Assembly: GCA_036495685.1 (NCBI GenBank)
Contig: DASXMJ010000191.1
Span: 64,203-128,202, forward strand
Reading direction: 5' to 3'
Length of the DNA: 64,000 nucleotides
Source of the DNA: Candidatus Binataceae bacterium
GTDB lineage: Bacteria > Desulfobacterota > Binatia > Binatales > Binataceae
The notes under the pieces: generated by a model
What the model saw: the letters and a program-made list of their open reading frames with translations, nothing else
Database searches by the model: none
What the model was told of the DNA's origin: nothing
Part shown: positions 9,675-18,518 of the stretch, one piece after another
Layout: the number at the start of each line of letters is the position of its first letter
Numbering within the stretch: position 1 is the stretch's first letter
Made by a program: the position numbers and the translations under genes

Positions 9675-10814
9675 TCACGCAACCAGCCTTAAAGCATCGA
9701 CGATGTTCTGCCGCGCGGCGGAGCGTGCCGGGAACCACGCGCTCAGCAGCCCGATGAGACAGGCCGCACCGAGCGCCTCCACGACCACGATGGGAGGCAT
9801 CTGCAGGTTACTGATCCCGATCGCGGGAGAGCCGACCGCGAACACTCGCAGAATGATATACGCGCTCGCGCAACCGAGAATTCCGCCGCTTAAGCCGATA
9901 ATCAGCGACTCGCCTAGCAACAGCCCCAGGATGGTGCCGGAGCGAAAACCGATTGAGCGCATGACTGCGATTTCGCTGCGTCGCTCGCGAATCGACATTG
10001 CAGCGGTATTGGCCGCGACCAGTCCGATCGTGAGGACAACGATGAGGCCGAGAATTTCCGCCAGTTCGAAAAAGGCCCGATAGCCCTGTGTGAACGAGCC
10101 CATGAAGGCCGCTTCGGATTCACTGCGGGTTTCCGCCATGGAATTGGCGAACTGCTCGTCGACGGAGGCGATGATTTGCGGGATATTCTCTGACTTATCC
10201 GCGCGGACCCAAAACATGCTTACAAACCCGGGGCGCCCGGCGGCTTCTTCCAAGTAGTCACGCCGGAACAGGAGAAAATTCGGCGGCGCCTTGTCGTTCA
10301 TCACCCCGACGATGTTGAGCGTTACGTTGAACGGATAGACGGTTCCTCTGAGTTGAATCTGCTGACCGACGTGCAGCCCGAAGCGCTTCATGGTCCCGCC
10401 CGACACCAGGCACGCGGTGCGCAAGCGTTTGAAATCATCGAACGACGCCTTGGAAATTCCCCAGTCGTCCCACATGAGATCGACCTGGTCGGGATCGACT
10501 GCCAAGTTCGGGAATTGGTCATTGACCTCGTGGTAGATTCCGCCAAACCAGCTTTCCGGGACGACCGCGATAACGTGCGGTGTCGCCGCGATGCGCTGCT
10601 TGTAGGCCTCGGGCATCGAGTAGGTGACCCCAGCCTTGTTGTGAACCGCAAGCCGCAACGACGATGCGCGATCGGCGAGAATCTGGCGCGCCAGGGTTGG
10701 GAAACTAACCAGCGCAGAGAAGATGAACAACGACACTGCGATTGAGAATACCGTCAAAAACGTCCGCCGCTTGCTACGCAGCAGATTCTTGAAGACCAGC
10801 ATCGTGAACTTCAT
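9675..10814 (-). CDS. ABC transporter permease, FtsX/MacB-like (first of two).
   Basis: MKFTMLVFKNLLRSKRRTFLTV N-terminus typical of FtsX-like permeases. Periplasmic domain plus C-terminal TM bundle. Confidence 0.8.
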   Translation of the reverse strand: MKFTMLVFKNLLRSKRRTFLTVFSIAVSLFIFSALVSFPTLARQILADRASSLRLAVHNKAGVTYSMPEAYKQRIAATPHVIAVVPESWFGGIYHEVNDQFPNLAVDPDQVDLMWDDWGISKASFDDFKRLRTACLVSGGTMKRFGLHVGQQIQLRGTVYPFNVTLNIVGVMNDKAPPNFLLFRRDYLEEAAGRPGFVSMFWVRADKSENIPQIIASVDEQFANSMAETRSESEAAFMGSFTQGYRAFFELAEILGLIVVLTIGLVAANTAAMSIRERRSEIAVMRSIGFRSGTILGLLLGESLIIGLSGGILGCASAYIILRVFAVGSPAIGISNLQMPPIVVVEALGAACLIGLLSAWFPARSAARQNIVDALRLVA

Positions 10815-10834
10815 CGCGCTTCCCTCCGCCGCCC

Positions 10835-11566
10835 CTACGCGCTCGCTCCCGCAGCCGCCGGCTGTGCGGCGGCCTTGCCGGGTTCGATTCCGGCCAGGAT
10901 GCCTTTGTCGAGCCGATACACGGTGTCGACGTAGCGCTCGGCGCGCGGATCGTGGGTAACCATCACGATGGTCTTGTGGAACTGCCGGTTAAGTTCGGTG
11001 AGCAGGTTCAGAATTTCTTCGGCCGATTTCGCATCGAGGTCACCGGTCGGCTCGTCGGCGACCACGATGGTGGGATCGGTGACGATGGCGCGGGCGATGG
11101 CCACGCGCTGCTCCTGGCCGCCCGACAGCTGGCGCGGATAGTGATCCATACGGTCGGACAGACCAACCACTTTGAGGGCAGTCTCGACGTGTTCGCGACG
11201 TTCTGCTTTGCGCAGGTGAGTCAGCAACAGCGGAAGTTCGACGTTTTCGAAGGCAGTTAGGACCGGGATCAGATTGTAGAATTGGAACACCAGCCCGATG
11301 TGGCGGGCGCGCCACGCCGCCAGATCGCGCTCCTTCATGGAAGTAATTTCCTCGCCCCCGACCGCGACCCGACCGGAGGTCGCGTGGTCGATTCCGGCGA
11401 TCAGATTCAGCATTGTGGTCTTGCCGGAACCGGACGGACCCATAATCGCGACGAAGCGTGCTTCGGGAACCTTGAGGGTCACGTCATCGAGCGCGCGAAC
11501 TTCGAACTCGTCGCGTTTGTAGACGCGAGTCACGTGGTCGATGTCGATCGCGTATTTTTCGTCCAT
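10835..11566 (-). CDS. ABC transporter ATP-binding protein (MacB/LolD-type ATPase).
   Basis: Walker [10 protein letters not shown]. Signature [14 protein letters not shown]. Walker [13 protein letters not shown]. Confidence 0.9.
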   Translation of the reverse strand: MDEKYAIDIDHVTRVYKRDEFEVRALDDVTLKVPEARFVAIMGPSGSGKTTMLNLIAGIDHATSGRVAVGGEEITSMKERDLAAWRARHIGLVFQFYNLIPVLTAFENVELPLLLTHLRKAERREHVETALKVVGLSDRMDHYPRQLSGGQEQRVAIARAIVTDPTIVVADEPTGDLDAKSAEEILNLLTELNRQFHKTIVMVTHDPRAERYVDTVYRLDKGILAGIEPGKAAAQPAAAGASA

Positions 11567-11592
11567 TCGCTTCTCCCTTGTGCGGTCTGCAT

Positions 11593-12153
11593 TTATCGCG
11601 CCGGGGCCGCTCGGCGCCGGGGACGCGCTCGGCCGTTGACCGAGAGCTTGTTTTTCACTTCGTCGAAGAGGCGGGCGAAGACCTCGGCCTTCGCATGGGT
11701 GACCGCATAGCCGATTTCGATCAGCGCCTTGCGAAACACGCTCTCGCCGTGCTGTTCCATGTCGTCGGCAAGCCAGCGCAGCATCTGGGCACGCTGCAGG
11801 TCTTCCTCGTGGACCTGGGCCATGTGGGTGAGTGCGGACTGCGGATCGTGATGCGCGAAATAGATTTTCACCTGCGCCTCATCGAATACGAACACTGGTT
11901 GTGCAGGCTCGCGGAGAGTTTTTAGGAAGCGCGCGCGTCCCGCCTCGGTGATCGCGTAGACCTTGCGCGAGCGCCGGCCGTGGCGCTCGACGCGTTGCGT
12001 CACCAAGCCATCGCGCGCCAGCTTCTTGAGCGCCGGGTAAAGCGAGCCGTCGCTCACGCGATAAAAAAATCCTACCGGGTTGCGAAATCGCCGCTTCAGG
12101 TCGTAGCCGGTAGCTTCGGAATCCATCAGAAAGCCGAGAATCGGAAACTTCAC
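11593..12153 (-). CDS. PadR family transcriptional regulator (winged helix).
   Basis: [21 protein letters not shown]...[16 protein letters not shown] is the canonical PadR wHTH. The GTG at 12153 is preferred over the long N-terminal extension that reaches 12273. Confidence 0.7.
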   Translation of the reverse strand: MKFPILGFLMDSEATGYDLKRRFRNPVGFFYRVSDGSLYPALKKLARDGLVTQRVERHGRRSRKVYAITEAGRARFLKTLREPAQPVFVFDEAQVKIYFAHHDPQSALTHMAQVHEEDLQRAQMLRWLADDMEQHGESVFRKALIEIGYAVTHAKAEVFARLFDEVKNKLSVNGRARPRRRAAPAR

Positions 12154-12319
12154 GTCGATCCGCGGGGTGGTCTGCTGGACATCGCGTTGCCATGAGGATT
12201 CCTGGGCCGCGGTCGAACGCACCGGCAGCGGTGAAGTCCGTTGCAAGGTCGGCAGCGCCATAGCTCGTCTCAATAGCTCGACTTGAGATAACGAGTCAAG
12301 CTATTAAACCGAGACTTGC

Positions 12320-12841
12320 TCACCGGCCAGGCAGGTACATGGTGAATGCGCGCTTCCAGTTGCTCGGGCCGGTCAGGGCCGGGATGTGCCGCATCGCGCC
12401 GTGCATCTCCTCCTGCTCGGCGAGAGCAGGTTCCGTGCCGAAGACCCGGTCCCAGAACGGGCTGGTCACCCCAAAAATCGCATTCGGCCGATGAGTATGA
12501 TGAGCAAGATGGCGGAGACGGAGACGGGTTTCGAGCCGATTGCGCGGGCGCACAAAATGGATTCGGTAGTGCACGGCTTCGTACCCGACGAATCCCCCCA
12601 CCACTCCAAGGAAGAAAAAGGTTGCCGGACGGAAGCCGGAAAACGTAATCAGCGTAAGGGTTATGGTGAGCAGCGGCAGCCAGGCCCGGGCCGTAAACAC
12701 GGCGTGGGGGTCGCGGTGGTGTACGTCGTGGAGTGGGCTGACGAAGGTCTGAAAACGATGGCTTAGCGGACCGTGGATCACGTATTCCAGCAGCGTCCAG
12801 GCGCCGAGTCCGCCCGCGAACAGAACCGCGCACCCCAGCAT
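12320..12841 (-). CDS. Fatty-acid-hydroxylase-superfamily membrane enzyme, CrtZ-like (beta-carotene 3-hydroxylase-like).
   Basis: About 174 aa with four TM segments and His boxes (HGPLSH, HDVHHRDPH, HYRIHF, HLAHHTH) characteristic of the di-iron membrane hydroxylase/desaturase family. Size and box spacing resemble CrtZ. The overlapping ORF at 12270..12833 in another frame is rejected. Confidence 0.55.
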   Translation of the reverse strand: MLGCAVLFAGGLGAWTLLEYVIHGPLSHRFQTFVSPLHDVHHRDPHAVFTARAWLPLLTITLTLITFSGFRPATFFFLGVVGGFVGYEAVHYRIHFVRPRNRLETRLRLRHLAHHTHRPNAIFGVTSPFWDRVFGTEPALAEQEEMHGAMRHIPALTGPSNWKRAFTMYLPGR

Positions 12842-12993
12842 GCCTTTAGAGTAAGCCGCTGGCGAGGGGGCGGCAAATGCAGTCACGCGACTGCTCACGG
12901 GTGCATCCGGGGGGCTGCAGGGTGGGTCGCGCGAGGGCGGCGAATTGGTTGCCCTTAGTTCAATATTGAAGTATATCAGCAATTGAATATCGA

Positions 12994-13011
12994 AACGCGC
13001 AAAATCGCGTT
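12994..13011. promoter_or_regulatory. Perfect inverted repeat AACGCG-N6-CGCGTT in the divergent hydroxylase/PadR versus oxygenase promoter region. Candidate PadR-type operator.
   Basis: Seen directly in the sequence. Sits within a locally AT-rich stretch (12961-12993, aatattgaagtatatcagcaattgaatatcg) immediately upstream of the oxygenase RBS. Confidence 0.35.
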
Positions 13012-13026
13012 ACCGGAGTGGTCCCC

Positions 13027-14394
13027 ATGTGGAACTCGGACAATCCTTTTCTCAACGGAAACTATGCCCCCTGGCGCGAAGAGGGTGACGCCTGCGACTT
13101 GGAGGTCGAGGGCGAAATTCCGCGCGAGCTTAGAGGAGCGCTCTACCGGATAGGGCCCAACCCGCACTTCAAGCCGGGAGGACGTTACCACTGGTTTGAC
13201 GGCGACGGGATGGTGCACGGCTTCATTCTTAAGGATGGGCGCGCGGCGTACCGCAACCGCTACGTGATGACCGAGGGGCTACGCGCGGAGATGAAAGCGG
13301 GACGGGCACTGTTCGGCGGACTGCTCGAAGCGGCCAAAGAATTGCCTGCAGAGACACCTCCCTTCAAGAACGCGGCGAACACCAACATCATTGGCTATGC
13401 GAACCGGCTGCTTGCGCTGTTTGAGGCGGCACTGCCCCACGAGCTGGAGCCGCTCACGCTCGCCACGGTGGGTCTCTATAATTTCGGCGGCAAAGTCAGT
13501 GGCCCGGTCACGGCGCACCCGAAATTCGACCCGCAGAACGGCGATCTGTTATTTTTCGGCTATCAACCGTTTCCACCTTATGTGACGTGGTATCGCGCCG
13601 ATCGAGCCGGCAATCTGCTCGAAGCGCGCCCGATCGACAGCGGCCTTGCGGTGATGATGCATGACTTCGTGACCACCGACAATTACGCGATTTTTTTCGC
13701 GTGCCCCTCGGTTTTTCGCATCGAGAATCCGCCGGCCGGAAAACCGCTGCTGAACTGGGAGCCGCAGCACGGAACCCGTATCGGCGTCATGAGCCGGCGG
13801 ACTGGTGAAGTGAAGTGGTTTGCGGCGGAGGCGTTCTTCGTCTTCCACTTTCTCAATGCGTATGAACAGAACGACACGCTGATCGTCGATGGATGCCGGA
13901 TGAGTGCGCTGGATATGAGCGGCAACAATTTCGGGCAGCCTCCGTTTCCTTGGCGCTGGCGCCTCAACCTCGCTGACGGGTCGGTTAAAAGTGAGCAACT
14001 GGAAGACTACGTAGGCGAGTTTCCACGTCTCGACGAGCGTCGCGCCGGCAAGCCGCATCGCTTCGGTTATCTGGCCGCCCGAGAGCGGAGTTCGAGGGGC
14101 TTCGATGAGGTGGGATTTGATTGTGTCGCGAAGCGTGATTTCCAGACTGGCAAGACGGAATTTTTGAAACTTGGTGAGGGACGGATGCCGGGAGAGCCGG
14201 TGTTTGTGCCGCGCGGCGGCAATGCTTCCGAAGATGACGGATGGGTGATGTCGGTGTGGTACGACCCCTCGCTGAACTCCAGCGAGTTGGTAATTCAGGA
14301 GGCGGGCGATTTTGCCGGCCGCCCGGTCGCGCGAGTCAAGGCACCGCATCGCGTACCGTTCGGTTTCCACGGCAATTGGGTGCCTGAAGCCTGA
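13027..14394 (+). CDS. Carotenoid cleavage oxygenase family protein (RPE65/CCD/apocarotenoid or lignostilbene dioxygenase).
   Basis: N-terminus NPFLNGNYAPWREEGDACDLEVEGEIPRELRGALYRIGPNP and His-containing segments (HDFVTTDNY, FHFLNAYE, FHGNWV) typical of the family. GGAG RBS 10 nt upstream of ATG 13027. Confidence 0.85.
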   Translation: MWNSDNPFLNGNYAPWREEGDACDLEVEGEIPRELRGALYRIGPNPHFKPGGRYHWFDGDGMVHGFILKDGRAAYRNRYVMTEGLRAEMKAGRALFGGLLEAAKELPAETPPFKNAANTNIIGYANRLLALFEAALPHELEPLTLATVGLYNFGGKVSGPVTAHPKFDPQNGDLLFFGYQPFPPYVTWYRADRAGNLLEARPIDSGLAVMMHDFVTTDNYAIFFACPSVFRIENPPAGKPLLNWEPQHGTRIGVMSRRTGEVKWFAAEAFFVFHFLNAYEQNDTLIVDGCRMSALDMSGNNFGQPPFPWRWRLNLADGSVKSEQLEDYVGEFPRLDERRAGKPHRFGYLAARERSSRGFDEVGFDCVAKRDFQTGKTEFLKLGEGRMPGEPVFVPRGGNASEDDGWVMSVWYDPSLNSSELVIQEAGDFAGRPVARVKAPHRVPFGFHGNWVPEA

Positions 14395-15096
14395 GTGAAG
14401 AATTCGAATCCAAAAGCGTCTCCGCCCGCCGCACGGAACCCCTTGGAATCAAAGAAGCGGGGGGCGGGGGGCGGCGGGGCAACGCCGGTGAAAGCGTCAC
14501 TGGAACTAGCGCTGCTCGGGCTCATCGCAGCTGCGCCGCGCATCTGCGGCTACGACATCTCCAGGATTTTCAATCTGTCGATGCGCCATTTCTGGCATGC
14601 GCACCCGGGACAGATCTACCCGACGCTTGCACGCATGGAACGCGAGGGCTGGATCAGCAGCCGCGAGCTAATCCAGCGCGGACGGCCAAACAAGCGACTG
14701 TTCGCGATCACAGCGACGGGCCGCGAAGCCCTCGAGCGATGGCTTGAAAGCCCGTACGAGAAGCTCAAGCTCAAGCACGCACCGCTTTTGAAAACGCTTT
14801 ATCTCGGGCATCTGGGCGCTGGCCGCGCGCTTGCGAAATTCGCCGAGCAGCGCGCTGGCTGCCTCGCCTATCTCGAAGAGCTGCGTGGAATCGAACGCGA
14901 CTTTTTCGCACAAGGCGGTTACGGCAGCGCACACCAGATGTTCTCGTACTTCACGCTACGCTACGGAATTGGCTTTATGGAGGAGAGCGTCCGCTGGTGT
15001 GACTGGGCGACGGAGGAAATCGAACGCAATCGCAGTCTGTTCTCTATCGATGCAGAGCAGGCCAAGCCCGAGCAACGCAAATTCGCGCGTCGCTGA
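14395..15096 (+). CDS. PadR-family-like transcriptional regulator with a C-terminal extension.
   Basis: wHTH segment LALLGLIAAAPRICGYDI...IYPTLARMEREGWI. GTG at 14395 overlaps the oxygenase stop. An alternative GTG lies near 14478. Confidence 0.6.
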   Translation: MKNSNPKASPPAARNPLESKKRGAGGGGATPVKASLELALLGLIAAAPRICGYDISRIFNLSMRHFWHAHPGQIYPTLARMEREGWISSRELIQRGRPNKRLFAITATGREALERWLESPYEKLKLKHAPLLKTLYLGHLGAGRALAKFAEQRAGCLAYLEELRGIERDFFAQGGYGSAHQMFSYFTLRYGIGFMEESVRWCDWATEEIERNRSLFSIDAEQAKPEQRKFARR

Positions 15097-15366
15097 ACTC
15101 GCGTATGATTCTGGGAGTCTCTTAGAAGTCACCGCGCAAGCCTACGGCCTCGCTTGTGTTTTCGTCCTGCTCCCGTACCCCAGGTGACCAAAAGCCTTGT
15201 TGCCAGACTCGGCATCGAGTGGCCGTTGGTCGCGATCAAACGTTGTCTGCCGACCGCGTTGCGGGTTGGGCGAAATGTTTCTTCACACTCGGGCCCGAAC
15301 CGCATGGCGTCGGCTCTGCGGGTCCAATAGGCTGTGGGCGTTGTTTGTGGGAGTTGCTCACCTTAG

Positions 15367-17187
15367 ATGAACCAGCTGTCCGGGTCCGCCGCGTCGTCTT
15401 CAGCTGCGTCCGAGGGTAGCGCAACGCGCCCCAGACGTGCGCACCGCCGGTTCCTGGTCGAGCTGATCAAACCATCGCACTATGACGACGACGGTTACGT
15501 GATCCAATGGTGGCGCGGATGGATACCGTCCAACTCGCTCTCCTGCCTGTATGGACTCGCGATCGATTCCAAAGCTCGTCGCGTACTCGGCGAGGACGTT
15601 GAGATCGAAGTTGCGGCATATGATGAAACCAACCAGGTAGTTCCCCTGCGGCGAATAATCCGTCGCTTTCGGCGCAATCGTTTCTGTGGCGTGGTCTGTC
15701 TGGTGGGAGTTCAGAGCAATCAATTTCCGCGCGCGATGGATATTGCGCGCGTGCTGCGCCGCAGCCAGATCCCGGTCGTTATGGGCGGTTTTCACGTCAG
15801 CGGCTGCGTAGCGATGCTGCCCGCGATGCCGCCCGAGTTGAAGGACGCCCAAGACCTGGGCGTGACCCTGTTCGCGGGCGAGGCGGAGGGCCGCTTCGAT
15901 GAGATTCTGAGAGCTGCCTATCAAGGAAGGCTCGCGCCGCTCTACAACTTTGTTGACCAGCTGCCCGCGCTCAACGACCAGCCGACCCCCTATCTGCCGG
16001 CAAAGCTCATCCGCCACAACCTCGGAAATATCAGCGCGTTCGATGGCGGCCGCGGCTGTCCGTTCAGCTGCAGCTTCTGCACCATCATCAATGTGCAAGG
16101 ACGCAAGTCGCGCTATCGCAGCGCCGACGACGTGGAGCGACTCATCCGCGCCAACCACGGATCCGGGGTCGCGACCTACTTCATCACCGACGACAACTTC
16201 GCACGCAATCGAAACTGGGAAGCAATTCTCGATCGCATTATCGAGTTGCGCGAAACGCACCACCTACGCATTCATCTGACCATCCAGGTCGATACCCTGT
16301 GCCACAAGATTCCGCGCTTCGTTGAGAAGGCGGCGCGTGCCGGCTGCAAGCGGGTTTTCATCGGGCTGGAGAACATCAACCCTGCCAGCTTAAAGGGCGC
16401 GTCAAAGGGGCAGAACCGGATCACCGAGTACCGCGCCATGCTGCAGTCCTGGCGCAAGGCGGGTGTGCTTACCTACGCGGGTTACATCCTCGGCTTCCCC
16501 AGCGATACTCCCGAAACCATCGCGCGCGATATCGCGATCATTCAGCGCGAGCTGCCGATCGATCTGCTGGAATTCTTCATGCTGACCCCGCTGCCTGGTT
16601 CCAAGGATCATCTCGACTTGCACCTCCGCGGCGGAAAGCTTGATGAAGACTTGAACCGCTACGACCTCGAGCACGTGACCACGGCTCATCCCCAGATGGG
16701 CCGCGCCGAGTGGCAGGCCGTCTACGATCGCGCCTGGTCCCTGTACTATTCGGCGGAACACAACGAGACCCTCATCAAGCGCGCGATCGGCAGTGGTATC
16801 AATCCTGCGCGTCTGACCTCGATGATCTTCACCTTCTACGCAAGCCACGAGTTTGAGAAAGTGCATCCGCTGCAGAGCGGCGTGTTTCGGCGCAAGCGTC
16901 GCAAGGACCGCCGCAATGGACTGCCGCTGGAACCGCCGCTCGCTTTTTACGCCCGTCGGGGGCGTGAAATGTTCGCGACCTATGTCCCCGCCATTCGATT
17001 TCTGTGGAGGCTGACGCGCCTGCGGCATCGACTGCTCAAGGATCCGACCCTTCGCACCTATCGGGATCTGGCTACCACCCATCTGGAAAACGAACTCGCC
17101 GAAACGCTCGGAATCTATGAAGCGACCGAAGCCGCGCGCCGGGTGGCGACCCAAGCTCGACTGCGGTCCGCTGCGGCCCGAGGGTAA
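15367..17187 (+). CDS. B12-binding radical SAM protein (class B, BchE/P-methylase-like) with a DUF4070-like C-terminal region.
   Basis: N-terminal cobalamin-binding-like domain (RRFLVELIKPSHYDDDGY...VVMGGFHVS). Radical SAM CxxxCxxC box GRGCPFSCSFCTI. Long conserved C-terminal domain. Confidence 0.8.
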   Translation: MNQLSGSAASSSAASEGSATRPRRAHRRFLVELIKPSHYDDDGYVIQWWRGWIPSNSLSCLYGLAIDSKARRVLGEDVEIEVAAYDETNQVVPLRRIIRRFRRNRFCGVVCLVGVQSNQFPRAMDIARVLRRSQIPVVMGGFHVSGCVAMLPAMPPELKDAQDLGVTLFAGEAEGRFDEILRAAYQGRLAPLYNFVDQLPALNDQPTPYLPAKLIRHNLGNISAFDGGRGCPFSCSFCTIINVQGRKSRYRSADDVERLIRANHGSGVATYFITDDNFARNRNWEAILDRIIELRETHHLRIHLTIQVDTLCHKIPRFVEKAARAGCKRVFIGLENINPASLKGASKGQNRITEYRAMLQSWRKAGVLTYAGYILGFPSDTPETIARDIAIIQRELPIDLLEFFMLTPLPGSKDHLDLHLRGGKLDEDLNRYDLEHVTTAHPQMGRAEWQAVYDRAWSLYYSAEHNETLIKRAIGSGINPARLTSMIFTFYASHEFEKVHPLQSGVFRRKRRKDRRNGLPLEPPLAFYARRGREMFATYVPAIRFLWRLTRLRHRLLKDPTLRTYRDLATTHLENELAETLGIYEATEAARRVATQARLRSAAARG

Positions 17188-17312
17188 TTCACCGCACTAG
17201 TCGCGAAGGGCTTGCGTGCGCCCGACCATGGAGTACCTCGATGCCCGTGCAAACGCGCACCGTCTCTGCTATGTGCGGGGTGGCACTGACGATTGGGTCA
17301 CAGAGACGCGCG

Positions 17313-18518
17313 ATGAGCGGGGCGCTCGACGACATAAAGGTCATTGAATACGCCGAGATGGTGTCGGGACCGATCTGCGGCAAGATGTTCTCCGACCTGG
17401 GCGCCGAAGTCATCAAGATAGAAGCACCCGGGGCGGGCGACCCCGCACGCCAGTATCCCCCCTTTCCCGACGACCAGCCCCATCCCGAAAAAAGCGGGAT
17501 GTTTCTCTATCTGAACACCGGCAAGAAGAGTCTCACGCTGGATCCTGCGACGCCCGCCGGTGGCGAAGTCTTCAAGCGTCTGATCTCTAAGGCCGATTTC
17601 TTAATCGAGAACCATCCGGCCGGGTTTCTCGAGCGCATCGGACTACCTTATCCAGCGCTCCACGCGCTGAATCCTCGCTTGATTGTCGTATCGATCACTC
17701 CGTTTGGACAAACCGGTCCCTATCGGGATTGGAAGGGCTCCGATCTTATCGAGTGGGCGATGAGCCTCACCGGCTACAATACTCCCACCCTGATCGATGA
17801 CGGCGAGCGCGAGAATCCGCTGCGCGCTCCAGGTCATATTGCCGACATGATGGGAGGCACCAATGCCGCGGCGGCGGCGATGATGGCTTTGTTTCAACGC
17901 GAGTTGACCGGAGACGGTCAATGGATCGATGCGCCGTGCTGGCAGGCGACGGTCAACACCTCAAAAATCGAAATGGCGGCCTACAGCTACTTGGGAATCC
18001 CCTTCAGCCGGATGCGGGGCCAGACCCTGGTCGGCTTGGAGCCGATGGCGTGCCGCGACGGCTACGTGTACACGCTCTGGGCCGCCGATTCTCACTATCA
18101 GGCGCTCAAGAAACTGCTCGGCAATCCCGATGGGCTTGATACCGAGTTGTTCGACACGCTGGCAGGACGGCAGCAAAACGACGACGTTTTGCGCCTGGTC
18201 ATTCGCGAAGAACTCAAGAAGCACGACATGAAATACCTCGTAGACGAAGGTCAGAAACTGGGTCTCACGATCGGACCCGTCTACAAGGTGTCACAGGCGG
18301 CGAATCATCCACACCTCGCCGCGCGCGATGCATTCGTCGCCATCGAGCATCCGGTGGCAGGTCGTTTCCTGTTCCCGCGGCAGATGGTTTCGATGACGGC
18401 CACGCCAGCAATTCCGTCGCGCGCACCCATGCTCGGCGAGCACAACAAAGAGATACTCGACAGACTTGCGATTCCGCGCGAAGACCAGCACGGCCTTCAC
18501 GCGGCGGGAGTTATCTGA
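17313..18518 (+). CDS. CoA-transferase family III (CaiB/BaiF) paralog 1.
   Basis: N-terminal LDDIKVIEYAEMVSGPICGKMFSDLGAEVIKIE signature. Confidence 0.8.
   Translation: MSGALDDIKVIEYAEMVSGPICGKMFSDLGAEVIKIEAPGAGDPARQYPPFPDDQPHPEKSGMFLYLNTGKKSLTLDPATPAGGEVFKRLISKADFLIENHPAGFLERIGLPYPALHALNPRLIVVSITPFGQTGPYRDWKGSDLIEWAMSLTGYNTPTLIDDGERENPLRAPGHIADMMGGTNAAAAAMMALFQRELTGDGQWIDAPCWQATVNTSKIEMAAYSYLGIPFSRMRGQTLVGLEPMACRDGYVYTLWAADSHYQALKKLLGNPDGLDTELFDTLAGRQQNDDVLRLVIREELKKHDMKYLVDEGQKLGLTIGPVYKVSQAANHPHLAARDAFVAIEHPVAGRFLFPRQMVSMTATPAIPSRAPMLGEHNKEILDRLAIPREDQHGLHAAGVI

Noticed and set aside
10868-10892. tRNA T-arm-like sequence GCCGGGTTCGATTCCGGC.
   Set aside because: Lies inside the ABC ATPase coding region (encodes ...GIEPGK... 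on the minus strand). The loop is 8 nt and there is no acceptor or anticodon arm context. Coincidental.
12270-12833. 187-aa ORF overlapping the hydroxylase gene in another frame.
   Set aside because: Pro/Arg/Ser-rich with no TM or motif. The co-located frame encoding four TM helices and the histidine boxes is the coherent one.
13549-14370. 273-aa minus-strand ORF, with further antisense ORFs at 15400..16263, 16402..17154 and 26170..27075.
   Set aside because: Each is antisense to a gene with strong family signatures (carotenoid oxygenase, radical SAM, CoA-transferase). The composition is typical of high-GC antisense frames.
15097-15366. Possible cobalamin riboswitch upstream of the B12-radical-SAM gene.
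   Set aside because: No B12-box-like consensus could be recognised by eye. Left as a suggested Rfam check rather than a feature.
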